64,000 bases of DNA from Bacilli bacterium (GCA_017934595.1 JAGBJG010000009.1:839-64838); one strand, 5' to 3'; positions 8,753 through 17,084 are shown, numbered from the stretch's first letter. Numbers and translations: made by a program. Notes: generated by a model not told the origin, from the letters alone.

Positions 8753-9682
8753 ATGGCAAGCAAAGTATTTAAAAATTTAAATGAGCAAATAGAAATATTA
8801 AAAAATCGTGGTTTAGTAATACAAAATGAAACAGTAGCTAAAAACATACTTTTAAGAGAAAACTATTTCTTTATAAATGGTTATAGACACTTATTTGCTA
8901 AAGAGGCTGGTACTGATACATTTTTAGATGGTACAACATTTGATGAATTATATGCTACATTTAGCTTTGATAGAAAAATAAGAAATATATTCTTTAGATA
9001 TATATTAGTAGTTGAAAACAATATTAAATCAATTATTAGTTATCAATTATCTAAAAAATATGGTTATAAGGAAAAAGAATATTTAAATCCAGATAACTTT
9101 AATCAAGATCCTTTAAGAAGAAGACAAGTTAATGACGTTATTAATAAAATGAAAAGGCAAATCAGAGTTAATGGTGATAAGCATACAGCTACAATGCACT
9201 ATTTAAGCAAATATGGATATATTCCAATGTGGATATTAGTTAAAGTATTATCATTTGGTATTGTATCTGAATTGTATGCTATATTAAGATATGAAGATCA
9301 AAGAGCCATCGCTGATGTATATAGAACTACACCTGATATCTTAAGTCTATATTTATCTATAGTAGCTAACTTCAGAAACTTATGTGCCCATGAAGAAATT
9401 TTATATGATTATAGAACTCAAAGATCTATACCAGATACACCTATTCATTCAGCTTTAGAAATAGCAAGAAATAGTGAAGGATATATCTATGGTAAAAATG
9501 ATTTATTCGCACTTGTGATTATGTTAAAAACATTACTTGCTACTGAAGATTTTAGAAATATGGTATATGAAATAAGTTATGCTATTGAAGTTTTAGATCA
9601 TCATGTAGATACTGTTCCATTATCTGATATCTTACATAAAGTCGGATTCCCTGATAATTGGAAAGATATTATGGATTTATAA
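8753..9682 (+). CDS. Abi_2 family (AbiD/AbiF-like) abortive-infection protein
   Basis: The N-terminus LNEQIEILKNRGLVIQNETVAKNILLRENYFFINGYRHLF and the later motifs MWILVKVLSFG and FRNLCAHEE are characteristic of Abi_2. It has its own extended -10 element, TGCTATAAT (8728-8736). Confidence 0.8.
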   Translation: MASKVFKNLNEQIEILKNRGLVIQNETVAKNILLRENYFFINGYRHLFAKEAGTDTFLDGTTFDELYATFSFDRKIRNIFFRYILVVENNIKSIISYQLSKKYGYKEKEYLNPDNFNQDPLRRRQVNDVINKMKRQIRVNGDKHTATMHYLSKYGYIPMWILVKVLSFGIVSELYAILRYEDQRAIADVYRTTPDILSLYLSIVANFRNLCAHEEILYDYRTQRSIPDTPIHSALEIARNSEGYIYGKNDLFALVIMLKTLLATEDFRNMVYEISYAIEVLDHHVDTVPLSDILHKVGFPDNWKDIMDL

Positions 9683-9719
9683 TTGACAATATACTAAAAT
9701 AGTGTTAATATTTTTGTAA

Positions 9720-9922
9720 TGGCAATGATTATATCTAGTAGTTATATATGATGCTAAAAGAGAAAGTAACATTGGGTGTGAGTTACTTAGAAGTAATATA
9801 TAATGAATTTCAATATATGAGCTGGTTATACCCGTTTAATTCGCGTTAAGAAAAGAGATAGAATATCTATAAAGTAAGGTGGTACCACGGTAATGCGTCC
9901 TTACATTATAGGTATTTTTTTA
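9720..9922 (+). promoter_or_regulatory. T-box riboswitch leader, Phe specifier
   Basis: Promoter TTGACA-17-TAATAT at 9683-9711. It has an AGAGA box, a GGGTGTGAG distal element, a specifier TTC (9809-9811) followed by A, the T-box sequence AAGGTGGTACCACGG (9876-9890), and a terminator with a U-run ending near 9921. Confidence 0.85.
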
Positions 9923-9938
9923 ATTTAGGAGGGATATT

Positions 9939-10982
9939 ATGGATGAAAAAGTTGTTTTAAGCCTATGTGAGGAGATAAAAACTAAATTTGAAGGTGTTGA
10001 TACTTTAAATAAGTTAAACGATTTAAAGCAAGAATATATGGGTAAAAAAGGTATTATTACAGAATATCAAAATGGTATTAAAGACGCAGAAGATAAAAAA
10101 ACATATGGTATGAATTTAAATAAAGTTAGAAATACTTTTGATGAACTATATAGTGCTAAATTAGAAGAATTAGAAACATTAGAATTAAATAAAAAATTAG
10201 AAAGTGAAAAAATTGATATAACATTACCAAGTAAAAAGGTAAGAGTAGGTTCTAAACACCCAATGACAAGGATTCAAGAAGAATTCGAAGATTTATTTGT
10301 CTCAATGGGATATGATGTTTATGATGGACCTGAAATAGAAACTGATGAAAATTGTTTCCAAAAATTAAACTTACCATTAGGACATCCTGCTAGAGATGCA
10401 CAAGATACTTTCTATTTAGAAAATGAATATGAAAATTATTTACTTAGAAGTCAAACATCTACAGGTCAAGTACGTGTAATGGAAGCTAATGAAGATAAAG
10501 GACCTATAAGAGTAGTTTGTCCAGGTAAAGTATATAGAAGAGATGATGATGCAACTCATTCACATCAATTTATGCAAATCGAAGGTTTAGTTATTGATGA
10601 AAACGTATCAATGGCTGATTTAAAAGGTACTTTAGAAATGTTTTCTAAAAAAATATTGGGTGAAAAAACTAACGTTAGATTTAGACCAAGTTATTTCCCT
10701 TTCACTGAACCAAGTGTAGAAGTTGATGTTACATGTTTTAAATGTGGTGGAAAAGGTTGTCCATTATGTAAACAAACAGGATGGATTGAAGTATTAGGTG
10801 CTGGTATGGTTCATCCAAATGTACTTAGAATGGGCGGATATGATCCAGAAAAATATCAAGGATTCGCTTTTGGTACAGGTATGGATAGATTTGCAATGTT
10901 CAAATTTGGTATTACAGATATAAGAACAATATATGGTAATGATGAGAGATTTTTATCTCAATTTGAAAGAAAGGATGATTAG
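9939..10982 (+). CDS. pheS: Phenylalanine--tRNA ligase alpha subunit
   Basis: Class II motifs are present (HPARDAQDTFY, FRPSYFPFTEPS, GFAFGTGMDRFAM). It lies downstream of the Phe T-box. Confidence 0.95.
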   Translation: MDEKVVLSLCEEIKTKFEGVDTLNKLNDLKQEYMGKKGIITEYQNGIKDAEDKKTYGMNLNKVRNTFDELYSAKLEELETLELNKKLESEKIDITLPSKKVRVGSKHPMTRIQEEFEDLFVSMGYDVYDGPEIETDENCFQKLNLPLGHPARDAQDTFYLENEYENYLLRSQTSTGQVRVMEANEDKGPIRVVCPGKVYRRDDDATHSHQFMQIEGLVIDENVSMADLKGTLEMFSKKILGEKTNVRFRPSYFPFTEPSVEVDVTCFKCGGKGCPLCKQTGWIEVLGAGMVHPNVLRMGGYDPEKYQGFAFGTGMDRFAMFKFGITDIRTIYGNDERFLSQFERKDD

Positions 10983-10984
10983 TT

Positions 10985-13339
10985 ATGAAGTTAAGTCGTA
11001 AATTCTTAAGTGATTATATTGATATTGATGGTATAACTACAGAACAAATAGCTGAAGATATGACAGCTGTTGGCAATGAATATGATTCATGTGAAAAGTT
11101 AATACCTGCAACTAACTTAACTATCGGTGAAGTAATAGAATGTGCTGATCATCCAGATAGTGACCATTTACATGTATGTAAGGTTGATATAGGTAGTGAA
11201 GTATTAGATATAGTATGTGGAGCTCCTAATTGTAGAAAAGGAATTAAAGTTGTAGTTGCTTTAGTGGGCGCTAAATTACCTGGTGGTGAAATTAAAGCTG
11301 GCGTAATTCGTGGATGTGCTTCAAATGGTATGCTATGTTCTAAAGCTGAATTAGGCCTAGATTCTAAATTCTTGAAAGAAGAAGACTATAAAGGCATTAT
11401 TGAGTTAGGCGAAGATGCTAAACTTGGTGAAGATCCTATTAAATATTTGGGATTAGATGATGAAGTTATAGATTTTGAACTTACATCTAATAGAGGAGAT
11501 TTATTAAGTATATTAGGTATGGCATATGAGATAGGTGCCATATATGGTAAAAAAGTTAATGAAGTTGATGGCTATCATAATGAATCTGGTAATATTGATT
11601 TTGATGTTAAAGTTGAAACAGAAAACTGTCCTTTATTCTTAGCAAAACAAGTTAAGAATGTAACTATTAAAGAAAGTCCTGAATTCATTAAAAATCGTTT
11701 AATAGCTAGTGGTATTAGACCTATTAATAACGTTGTTGATATTTCAAATTACGTTATGTTAGAACTAGGACAACCACTTCATTTCTATGATAATGATTTA
11801 TTAGGTAATAAAATAGTTGTTAGAATGGCTAAAGAAGGAGAAGAAGTAAAAACTTTAGATGATGAAGTAAGAACATTATCTAGTGAAGATATTGTTATTG
11901 CTGATGAAAGTAAGGCTATAGGATTAGCTGGTATCATGGGTGGAGCTTCTACTGAAATAAATGAAAATACGAAAAATGTATTAATTGAAGCTGCCATATT
12001 TGATAGTGTAAAAATTAGAAAGACTGCTAAAAAAGTTTTAAGAAGTGAAGCTTCTAATAGATTTGAAAAAGGTATCGCCCCTATAAGAACATATTTAGCT
12101 ATCCATAGATGTTGTAATTTATTAGAAAAATATGCTGATGCTACTATAGTAGGCGGCATGATAGAATATGATAAAACATTTAAGGGTGTAAAAGAAATTG
12201 AAGTATCTTTAGAAAAGATTAATAAAGTATTAGGTATTAATATATCTAGTGAAGAAGTTATAGATATATTTGAACGTTTAAATTTCCATGTTAATGAAGA
12301 TAATAATGTATTTAAAGTTATGATTCCACCATATAGATTAGATATCTCTATTAAAGAGGATTTAATTGAAGAAGTAGGTAGAATGTATGGCATGGATAAA
12401 ATAGAAAGTACTAAGTTAGTTTTACCACTTAAAGAAGGTAAATATAATAAAGATAGACGTCAAATAAAAAATAAGATGGTGTCTTTAGGTTTAGATGAAA
12501 CTTTGTCGTATACATTAATACCAGAATCAGAAGTACATAAATTTACTTTAGATAATTTTACTCATATAAATTTAGCTGATCCAATGAGTGAAGATAGAAA
12601 AACTTTAAGATATTCACTTTTATATTCATTAAAAGAGATTTATGAATATAACAAAGCTCGTAATGAAAAAGATGTATGTATCTTTGAAATGGGTAAAGGT
12701 TTTTATAAAGCTGATAATGAATATAAAGAAGAAAATAAACTTGCATGTTTAATGACAGGAAAATATTATTTAGATATAAATTCTACTAATGTTGATTTTT
12801 ATATTATAAAAGGTGTATTAGAAGACTTATTGGATTATATGGGATATAAAGGACGTTATAGTATCGTAGAAGGTAATGTCCCAAGCGAATTCCATCCTGG
12901 TCAAAGTGCTGTTATAATGTTACAAGGTAGTGTAGTAGGATATATTGGTAGACTACATCCTAGTGTTACTAAAGATGCGGTATATGTTTTTGAAATTAAC
13001 TTAGATAAGGTACTTAATAATAAGGCATCTAGAATTACATTTAAAGAAATACCTAAATATTTAAAAATGGTTAAAGATGTAGCTTTTGTTGTTGATAATA
13101 ACGTATCATCAAGAGAAATTGAAGATGTAATCAAAAAAGCTGGTGGAAAACTATTAAATAATATTATATTATTTGATCTATATACTGGAAATAATCTTGG
13201 TGAAAATAAAAAATCAATCGCGTATTCTTTAGAATTTTTAGATCAAACTAAGACGTTAACTGAAGAAGAAGTTATGGAAGTAGTTAATAAGATTATTGAA
13301 GCAGTAACTACTAAATTGGATGCTAAATTAAGAGATTAA
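10985..13339 (+). CDS. pheT: Phenylalanine--tRNA ligase beta subunit
   Basis: It has an N-terminal tRNA-binding domain, B3/4 and B5 domains and a C-terminal FDX-ACB-like domain. It is adjacent to pheS. Confidence 0.95.
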   Translation: MKLSRKFLSDYIDIDGITTEQIAEDMTAVGNEYDSCEKLIPATNLTIGEVIECADHPDSDHLHVCKVDIGSEVLDIVCGAPNCRKGIKVVVALVGAKLPGGEIKAGVIRGCASNGMLCSKAELGLDSKFLKEEDYKGIIELGEDAKLGEDPIKYLGLDDEVIDFELTSNRGDLLSILGMAYEIGAIYGKKVNEVDGYHNESGNIDFDVKVETENCPLFLAKQVKNVTIKESPEFIKNRLIASGIRPINNVVDISNYVMLELGQPLHFYDNDLLGNKIVVRMAKEGEEVKTLDDEVRTLSSEDIVIADESKAIGLAGIMGGASTEINENTKNVLIEAAIFDSVKIRKTAKKVLRSEASNRFEKGIAPIRTYLAIHRCCNLLEKYADATIVGGMIEYDKTFKGVKEIEVSLEKINKVLGINISSEEVIDIFERLNFHVNEDNNVFKVMIPPYRLDISIKEDLIEEVGRMYGMDKIESTKLVLPLKEGKYNKDRRQIKNKMVSLGLDETLSYTLIPESEVHKFTLDNFTHINLADPMSEDRKTLRYSLLYSLKEIYEYNKARNEKDVCIFEMGKGFYKADNEYKEENKLACLMTGKYYLDINSTNVDFYIIKGVLEDLLDYMGYKGRYSIVEGNVPSEFHPGQSAVIMLQGSVVGYIGRLHPSVTKDAVYVFEINLDKVLNNKASRITFKEIPKYLKMVKDVAFVVDNNVSSREIEDVIKKAGGKLLNNIILFDLYTGNNLGENKKSIAYSLEFLDQTKTLTEEEVMEVVNKIIEAVTTKLDAKLRD

Positions 13340-13361
13340 AAAAACGACTTAGGTCGTTTTT
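13338..13361. terminator. Bidirectional intrinsic terminator (copy 1 of a near-duplicated sequence)
   Basis: AAAAAAACGAC-TTAG-GTCGTTTTT. The stop codon of the minus-strand gene 13349..13885 lies in the loop. Confidence 0.75.
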
Positions 13362-13885
13362 ATTTTCTTTTTAGTTTCAATATCATTTTTTAAAATAGCT
13401 TGTGTATTTTCATAAGTTTCTTTTTCATCATCGTTTTTATATATTACATTGGCTTTATATAATGCCTTTGCGTACCTAAGATAATTAAAAGTTTCAACAT
13501 CTTTTATAATATCGATAAATCCAAATATATTAATATACTCTTCGAATGATATTTCATTAAGCATTAAAAGTTGATTTATGATGAAGATAGTATCATTAAA
13601 TTCGCCATTATTATATTGTTTTGTATATTTTGTTATATAGTAATTAGAAATTATATTAGCTATTCTATCCATATTATTTTTATATTCATCAATATCTTTA
13701 TCAGTTCCGCCAATCACACCTTTATGTATTAATATATTTGCATAATATTTAGCTTTGCATATAGGGCCTAAATTTTCTATAGCTGGTAGTACAAAGCCAC
13801 AACAAATATTAAATTTTCTAACTGTCAATTTAGTCGATTTAATAGTTTCCATATAACTACTTAATTCTTTTCTTGATATATTCAT
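13349..13885 (-). CDS. Hypothetical protein (178 aa), no recognisable family
   Basis: It is an ORF with RBS GATGGTGAAGA, flanked on both sides by near-identical terminators. Confidence 0.5.
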   Translation of the reverse strand: MNISRKELSSYMETIKSTKLTVRKFNICCGFVLPAIENLGPICKAKYYANILIHKGVIGGTDKDIDEYKNNMDRIANIISNYYITKYTKQYNNGEFNDTIFIINQLLMLNEISFEEYINIFGFIDIIKDVETFNYLRYAKALYKANVIYKNDDEKETYENTQAILKNDIETKKKIKTT

Positions 13886-13940
13886 ATCTTCACCATCTTA
13901 TCTTAATTTAATTATATCATATTCTAAAAATGGATTAAAT

Positions 13941-13964
13941 AAAAAAACGACATTAGTCGTTTTT
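13941..13964. terminator. Bidirectional intrinsic terminator (copy 2)
   Basis: AAAAAAACGAC-ATTA-GTCGTTTTT. The stop codon of 13953..14957 lies in the loop. Confidence 0.75.
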
Positions 13965-14957
13965 AGCAGTATACATTTTAATATATTTATCATATTCTTT
14001 AGCTAAAGATGTATCCTTAATTTCTACCTTAGCATCTTTTCTCATATCAATTAATGCTTTATATAATAATGTAGAGTCATTATCTTTCTTTTCATTAGCT
14101 AATACTTTTATTATTCTATCTTTGATATTTTCTAAACTATCTTTATCTTTTGAAGATTCCTTAAATATAATCTTATATCCATTAGAATCTTGGATAGCTT
14201 CTTTGGTATATGAATTATTATTTAGTTTCTTTAATGCATCTAAATAAGATTTATCTAAATCACTATCAAATGATACATAATCTAAATCTTTAGTTGTTAT
14301 TCTATCTTTATAATGATCTACGATTGCTTCATAAGTTTCTCCGTTATTAAGTCTATTAATAATTCTTTCTACTAATGATTTAGCATTATCATCAGTACCG
14401 GCAACACTTATATATTTAGTTTTGATATCACCATAGACATTATTTTCATAATATAAATTGATATCTTTGTCAGTAATTAATGATTTAGCATATTCATCAA
14501 ACCATTTATTACGTCTATATTCTAGTTTTAATGCCTCAATAAATTCATCGCGATTTTTAAATTCATTAGATTCTAAGAATTGATCTTCACTATATCCATA
14601 ATATGTTTCTGCCATTGATATATAGTAATCAGCCATTTTATTTACTTCTGTCTTCATATCGTTATCTTCAGGATATTTTTCTTCAAGAAGCATTTTATCT
14701 ATTCTTTCTAATAATACATTTACAGAATAATATTCTTTCATGTCGTTATATAAATCATTAGCTGTAATATTTTTATCAGAGATAGAAACAATTACCTCTT
14801 CTCCATTTTCTAGTGTAGCAATTCTATCAGGCATAAATAATACCATAATTAATAGTCCTATAGATAAACCAATTATGAATGCCGCGACAGTAGTTTTGTT
14901 AAGCAAATCATTTTTAATAATATTTTTAATTTCTAGTTTAGTTTTTTTAGTTTTCAT
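13953..14957 (-). CDS. Membrane-anchored PrsA/SurA-N-like foldase-type protein
   Basis: An N-terminal TM is followed by a SurA_N-like helical region (ITANDLYNDMKEYY...LLERIDKMLLEEKY) and a PrsA-like overall layout. No clear parvulin signature was seen. The start was moved to the ATG at 14957, behind AGGAGGG. Confidence 0.5.
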   Translation of the reverse strand: MKTKKTKLEIKNIIKNDLLNKTTVAAFIIGLSIGLLIMVLFMPDRIATLENGEEVIVSISDKNITANDLYNDMKEYYSVNVLLERIDKMLLEEKYPEDNDMKTEVNKMADYYISMAETYYGYSEDQFLESNEFKNRDEFIEALKLEYRRNKWFDEYAKSLITDKDINLYYENNVYGDIKTKYISVAGTDDNAKSLVERIINRLNNGETYEAIVDHYKDRITTKDLDYVSFDSDLDKSYLDALKKLNNNSYTKEAIQDSNGYKIIFKESSKDKDSLENIKDRIIKVLANEKKDNDSTLLYKALIDMRKDAKVEIKDTSLAKEYDKYIKMYTAKND

Positions 14958-15081
14958 AAAAACCCTCCTATTACCATTGTATACCATTTTTATTAAAAAT
15001 ACTTTAAAAAGTTGAAAAAATCTATAATTTTTAATTAAAAAATAGAATTTTATTGTATAATATTAATAAGGAGGTATAGTT

Positions 15082-15858
15082 ATGTGGTTTTTAATAGGAT
15101 TTATCGTTTTTGTAGTGCTAATATCAATTAAACAAGTTAATCAATATGAAAGAGGAGTTAAATTTACTTTAGGTAAATTTTCAGGTATTATGAATCCAGG
15201 ATGGAATTTAGTATTACCAATATTCCAATCATATTCAAAAGTTGATATCAGAACAAAAGCAGTTGACGTTCCTGAACAAGACGCTATCACTGGTGATAAC
15301 GTTTCAGTAAGAATCAATGCAGTTATTTACTACAAAGTATTTGATGCTGCTAAAGCTATTCTTGAAGTTGAAAACTTTAGATATGCAGTTAGTCAATTAG
15401 CTCAAACTACTATGCGTAATGCTGTAGGTTCAGTTTCTTTAGATGAACTTTTATCTTCAAGAGAAAAAATTGCTACATCTATTTGTAAAATAATTGATGA
15501 AGCAACTGACCCATGGGGAATTAAAGTTGAAAACGTTGAATTAAAGGAAATTACTTTACCAGAAGAAATGAAACGTGTTATCGCTAAAGTTGCTGAAGCT
15601 GAAAGAGAAAAAGCTGCAGTTATTACTAAAGCAGAAGGTGAAGCTGAAGCTGCTAATAATTTAGCACAAGCTGCTAATATTATGGGTTCAACTCCAGGTG
15701 CACTTCACTTAAGAACTTTAGCTACATTAAACGATTTATCATCAGATCAATCAAATACTATTATATTTGCGATTCCAATTGAAGTATTAAAAGCATTTGA
15801 AGGATTAGATGGAAAAAAAGTTGTTGAAGCTGTAAAAAGCGCTAAAAAAACAAAATAA
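15082..15858 (+). CDS. SPFH/band-7 (stomatin/slipin-like) membrane protein
   Basis: An N-terminal TM is followed by YERGVKFTLGKF...VDVPEQDAITGDNVSVRINAVIYYKV and an Ala/Glu-rich coiled coil typical of the family. Confidence 0.9.
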   Translation: MWFLIGFIVFVVLISIKQVNQYERGVKFTLGKFSGIMNPGWNLVLPIFQSYSKVDIRTKAVDVPEQDAITGDNVSVRINAVIYYKVFDAAKAILEVENFRYAVSQLAQTTMRNAVGSVSLDELLSSREKIATSICKIIDEATDPWGIKVENVELKEITLPEEMKRVIAKVAEAEREKAAVITKAEGEAEAANNLAQAANIMGSTPGALHLRTLATLNDLSSDQSNTIIFAIPIEVLKAFEGLDGKKVVEAVKSAKKTK

Positions 15859-15881
15859 GATATCTTAGGATATCTTTTTTC
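15858..15881. terminator. Bidirectional intrinsic terminator
   Basis: AAGATATC-TTAG-GATATCTT is followed by T-runs on both strands. Confidence 0.8.
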
Positions 15882-15910
15882 TTGATAAAAAGATTAAATC
15901 ATCATATAAT
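15882..15910 (+). promoter_or_regulatory. Consensus sigma-A promoter with no ORF downstream
   Basis: TTGATA (15882-15887), exactly 17 nt spacer, TATAAT (15905-15910). Confidence 0.7.
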
Positions 15911-15916
15911 ATAGAT

Positions 15917-16002
15917 GTAGGAGCTACTAAGTTACTATGCTTGGTAACTACCTTAGATGGCCTTAGCCTAATCCGTTTATGTTAAATGGTTAGGCACTTT
16001 TT
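15917..16002 (+). ncRNA. Candidate small RNA of about 85 nt (putative type I antitoxin)
   Basis: It starts about 7 nt after the -10 element. Hairpin 1 is at 15927-15956 (CTAAGTTAC...GTAAC-bulge-TTAG). Hairpin 2 is GCCTAATC...GGTTAGGC (15966-15995), followed by ACTTTTT. There is no ORF. It is convergent with, and overlaps, the 3' end of the peptide gene. Confidence 0.5.
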
Positions 16003-16073
16003 ATTATATTTAATAAATAAATTATTAAAAGTAATATGATCACTAATTTTAGAAATTTATTGTCTTTCTTCAT
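15990..16073 (-). CDS. Unannotated 27-aa hydrophobic peptide MKKDNKFLKLVIILLLIIYLLNIIKSA (putative type I toxin)
   Basis: Translated by hand. A strong RBS GGAGG lies 8 nt before the ATG. The peptide has a charged N-terminus and a single TM-length hydrophobic core. The SD can pair with CCUUCU just upstream (16082-16099). Confidence 0.5.
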   Translation of the reverse strand: MKKDNKFLKLVIILLLIIYLLNIIKSA

Positions 16074-16209
16074 AGAATCATCCTCCTTTCAAAAGAAGGC
16101 AGTTACCTAACAACTTTTCACTCCTATTAATTAAATACGCCAAAACTTTTTAATATCCTCTTAATTTGGGTGAATTGTGTTCTTTTTGTTATATTATTAG
16201 TAAAAAATG

Positions 16210-16238
16210 TTGACATTAATGGAAAGAATTGGTATAAT
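16210..16238 (+). promoter_or_regulatory. Sigma-A promoter of the tRNA gene
   Basis: TTGACA (16210-16215), 17 nt spacer, TATAAT (16233-16238), with an extended -10 TG at 16230-16231. Confidence 0.8.
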
Positions 16239-16252
16239 CTATTATGTCAGTT

Positions 16253-16330
16253 GGGGAATTAGCTCAGTTGGCTCAGAGCACCTGCCCTGCACGCAGGGGG
16301 TCGCGGGTTCGAGTCCCACATTCTCCACCA
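16253..16330 (+). tRNA. tRNA-Ala (anticodon UGC), CCA-encoded, stand-alone
   Basis: The cloverleaf was folded by hand. Acceptor GGGGAAT/ATTCTCC carries the G3:U70 Ala identity pair. The anticodon stem is CCTGC/GCAGG with loop CCTGCAC, and the T-loop is TTCGAGT. Position 33 is C, and T-stem pair 50:64 is a C.A mismatch. Confidence 0.85.
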
Positions 16331-16341
16331 GATTGATAATA

Positions 16342-16365
16342 AGCTCACTTCGGTGAGTTTTTTTA
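16342..16365 (+). terminator. Intrinsic terminator after the tRNA
   Basis: GCTCAC-TTCG-GTGAGT is followed by a T7 run. Confidence 0.85.
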
Positions 16366-16424
16366 TTGATTTTTATTGATATTTATTGCTGTTATGATAT
16401 AATATTAATTCATGGGTGATCATT

Positions 16425-17042
16425 ATGAATAAATTAGAAAATGAGATAGCTAAATTAAAAAAAGAAGTAGCAGAATTATCTGAAGAAAAAGAAAATTTAG
16501 AAAGTAATAAAATAGTTATTAATTATATAAAAATAGTAGAGACTCTTGCGCAAAAAGAATATTCTTTAATGGATAAGAAACATCAATTGAGAAAAAGTAA
16601 AATCAATAAGGAATATATAAAAATGAAAGGTAAGTATAGTAAATGTCATCATTATACTATAACGGATCCTAAGACTGGATATTCAACATGTATACTATGT
16701 GATATAACAAATGCAGGTAAATTTAAAAATAATCCTACTATAAAAGAAGTTGCTATGGGAATTTATCAAGATAATGAAGGTGGAGATATTTCTATGCATG
16801 CCGTAGCATTACAAAATTGTTTATATGCATGTGATACAAAGATGGCTAAAGCTATTATTACTAAAATTAAAGAAGCTAATAAAGATATTAAAAGGGAAGA
16901 ATTAATTAAATATTTTGAAATAGCTTTAGATAATATGATTGATATTGAAGTGTCTGATGAAAGAATAAATAGTAGGGCTAAAAGATTAGGTGTAAGACCT
17001 ATAAAAGTAAGAAATATATCAGTGAAATGGGAAAAACATTAA
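16425..17042 (+). CDS. Hypothetical protein with an N-terminal coiled coil and a CHH...C..C motif
   Basis: The ORF has a likely start at ATG 16425, behind GGGTGA. It contains KCHHYTITDPKTGYSTCILC. No family was recognised. Confidence 0.5.
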   Translation: MNKLENEIAKLKKEVAELSEEKENLESNKIVINYIKIVETLAQKEYSLMDKKHQLRKSKINKEYIKMKGKYSKCHHYTITDPKTGYSTCILCDITNAGKFKNNPTIKEVAMGIYQDNEGGDISMHAVALQNCLYACDTKMAKAIITKIKEANKDIKREELIKYFEIALDNMIDIEVSDERINSRAKRLGVRPIKVRNISVKWEKH

Positions 17043-17084
17043 ATCTTTACTTTTTATAGATTATGGTATAAAATATTAGAGGAA

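Noticed and set aside
11785-13134. Three minus-strand ORFs (11785..12393, 12558..12746, 12901..13134) lie inside pheT.
   Set aside because: They are fully embedded antisense to a highly conserved essential gene. Their composition is Ser/Leu/Ile-rich, as expected for shadow frames.
14740-15015. A plus-strand ORF overlaps the 5' part of the PrsA-like gene.
   Set aside because: It is antisense to a gene with a strong RBS and a coherent domain layout. There is no RBS and the product is hydrophobic low-complexity sequence.
16361-16392. Short direct repeats, TTTTTATTGA TTTTTATTGA TATTTATTG, follow the tRNA terminator.
   Set aside because: This is AT-rich promoter-proximal sequence that overlaps a TTGATA -35 element. 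It is too short and too low in complexity to interpret as iterons or a repeat element.
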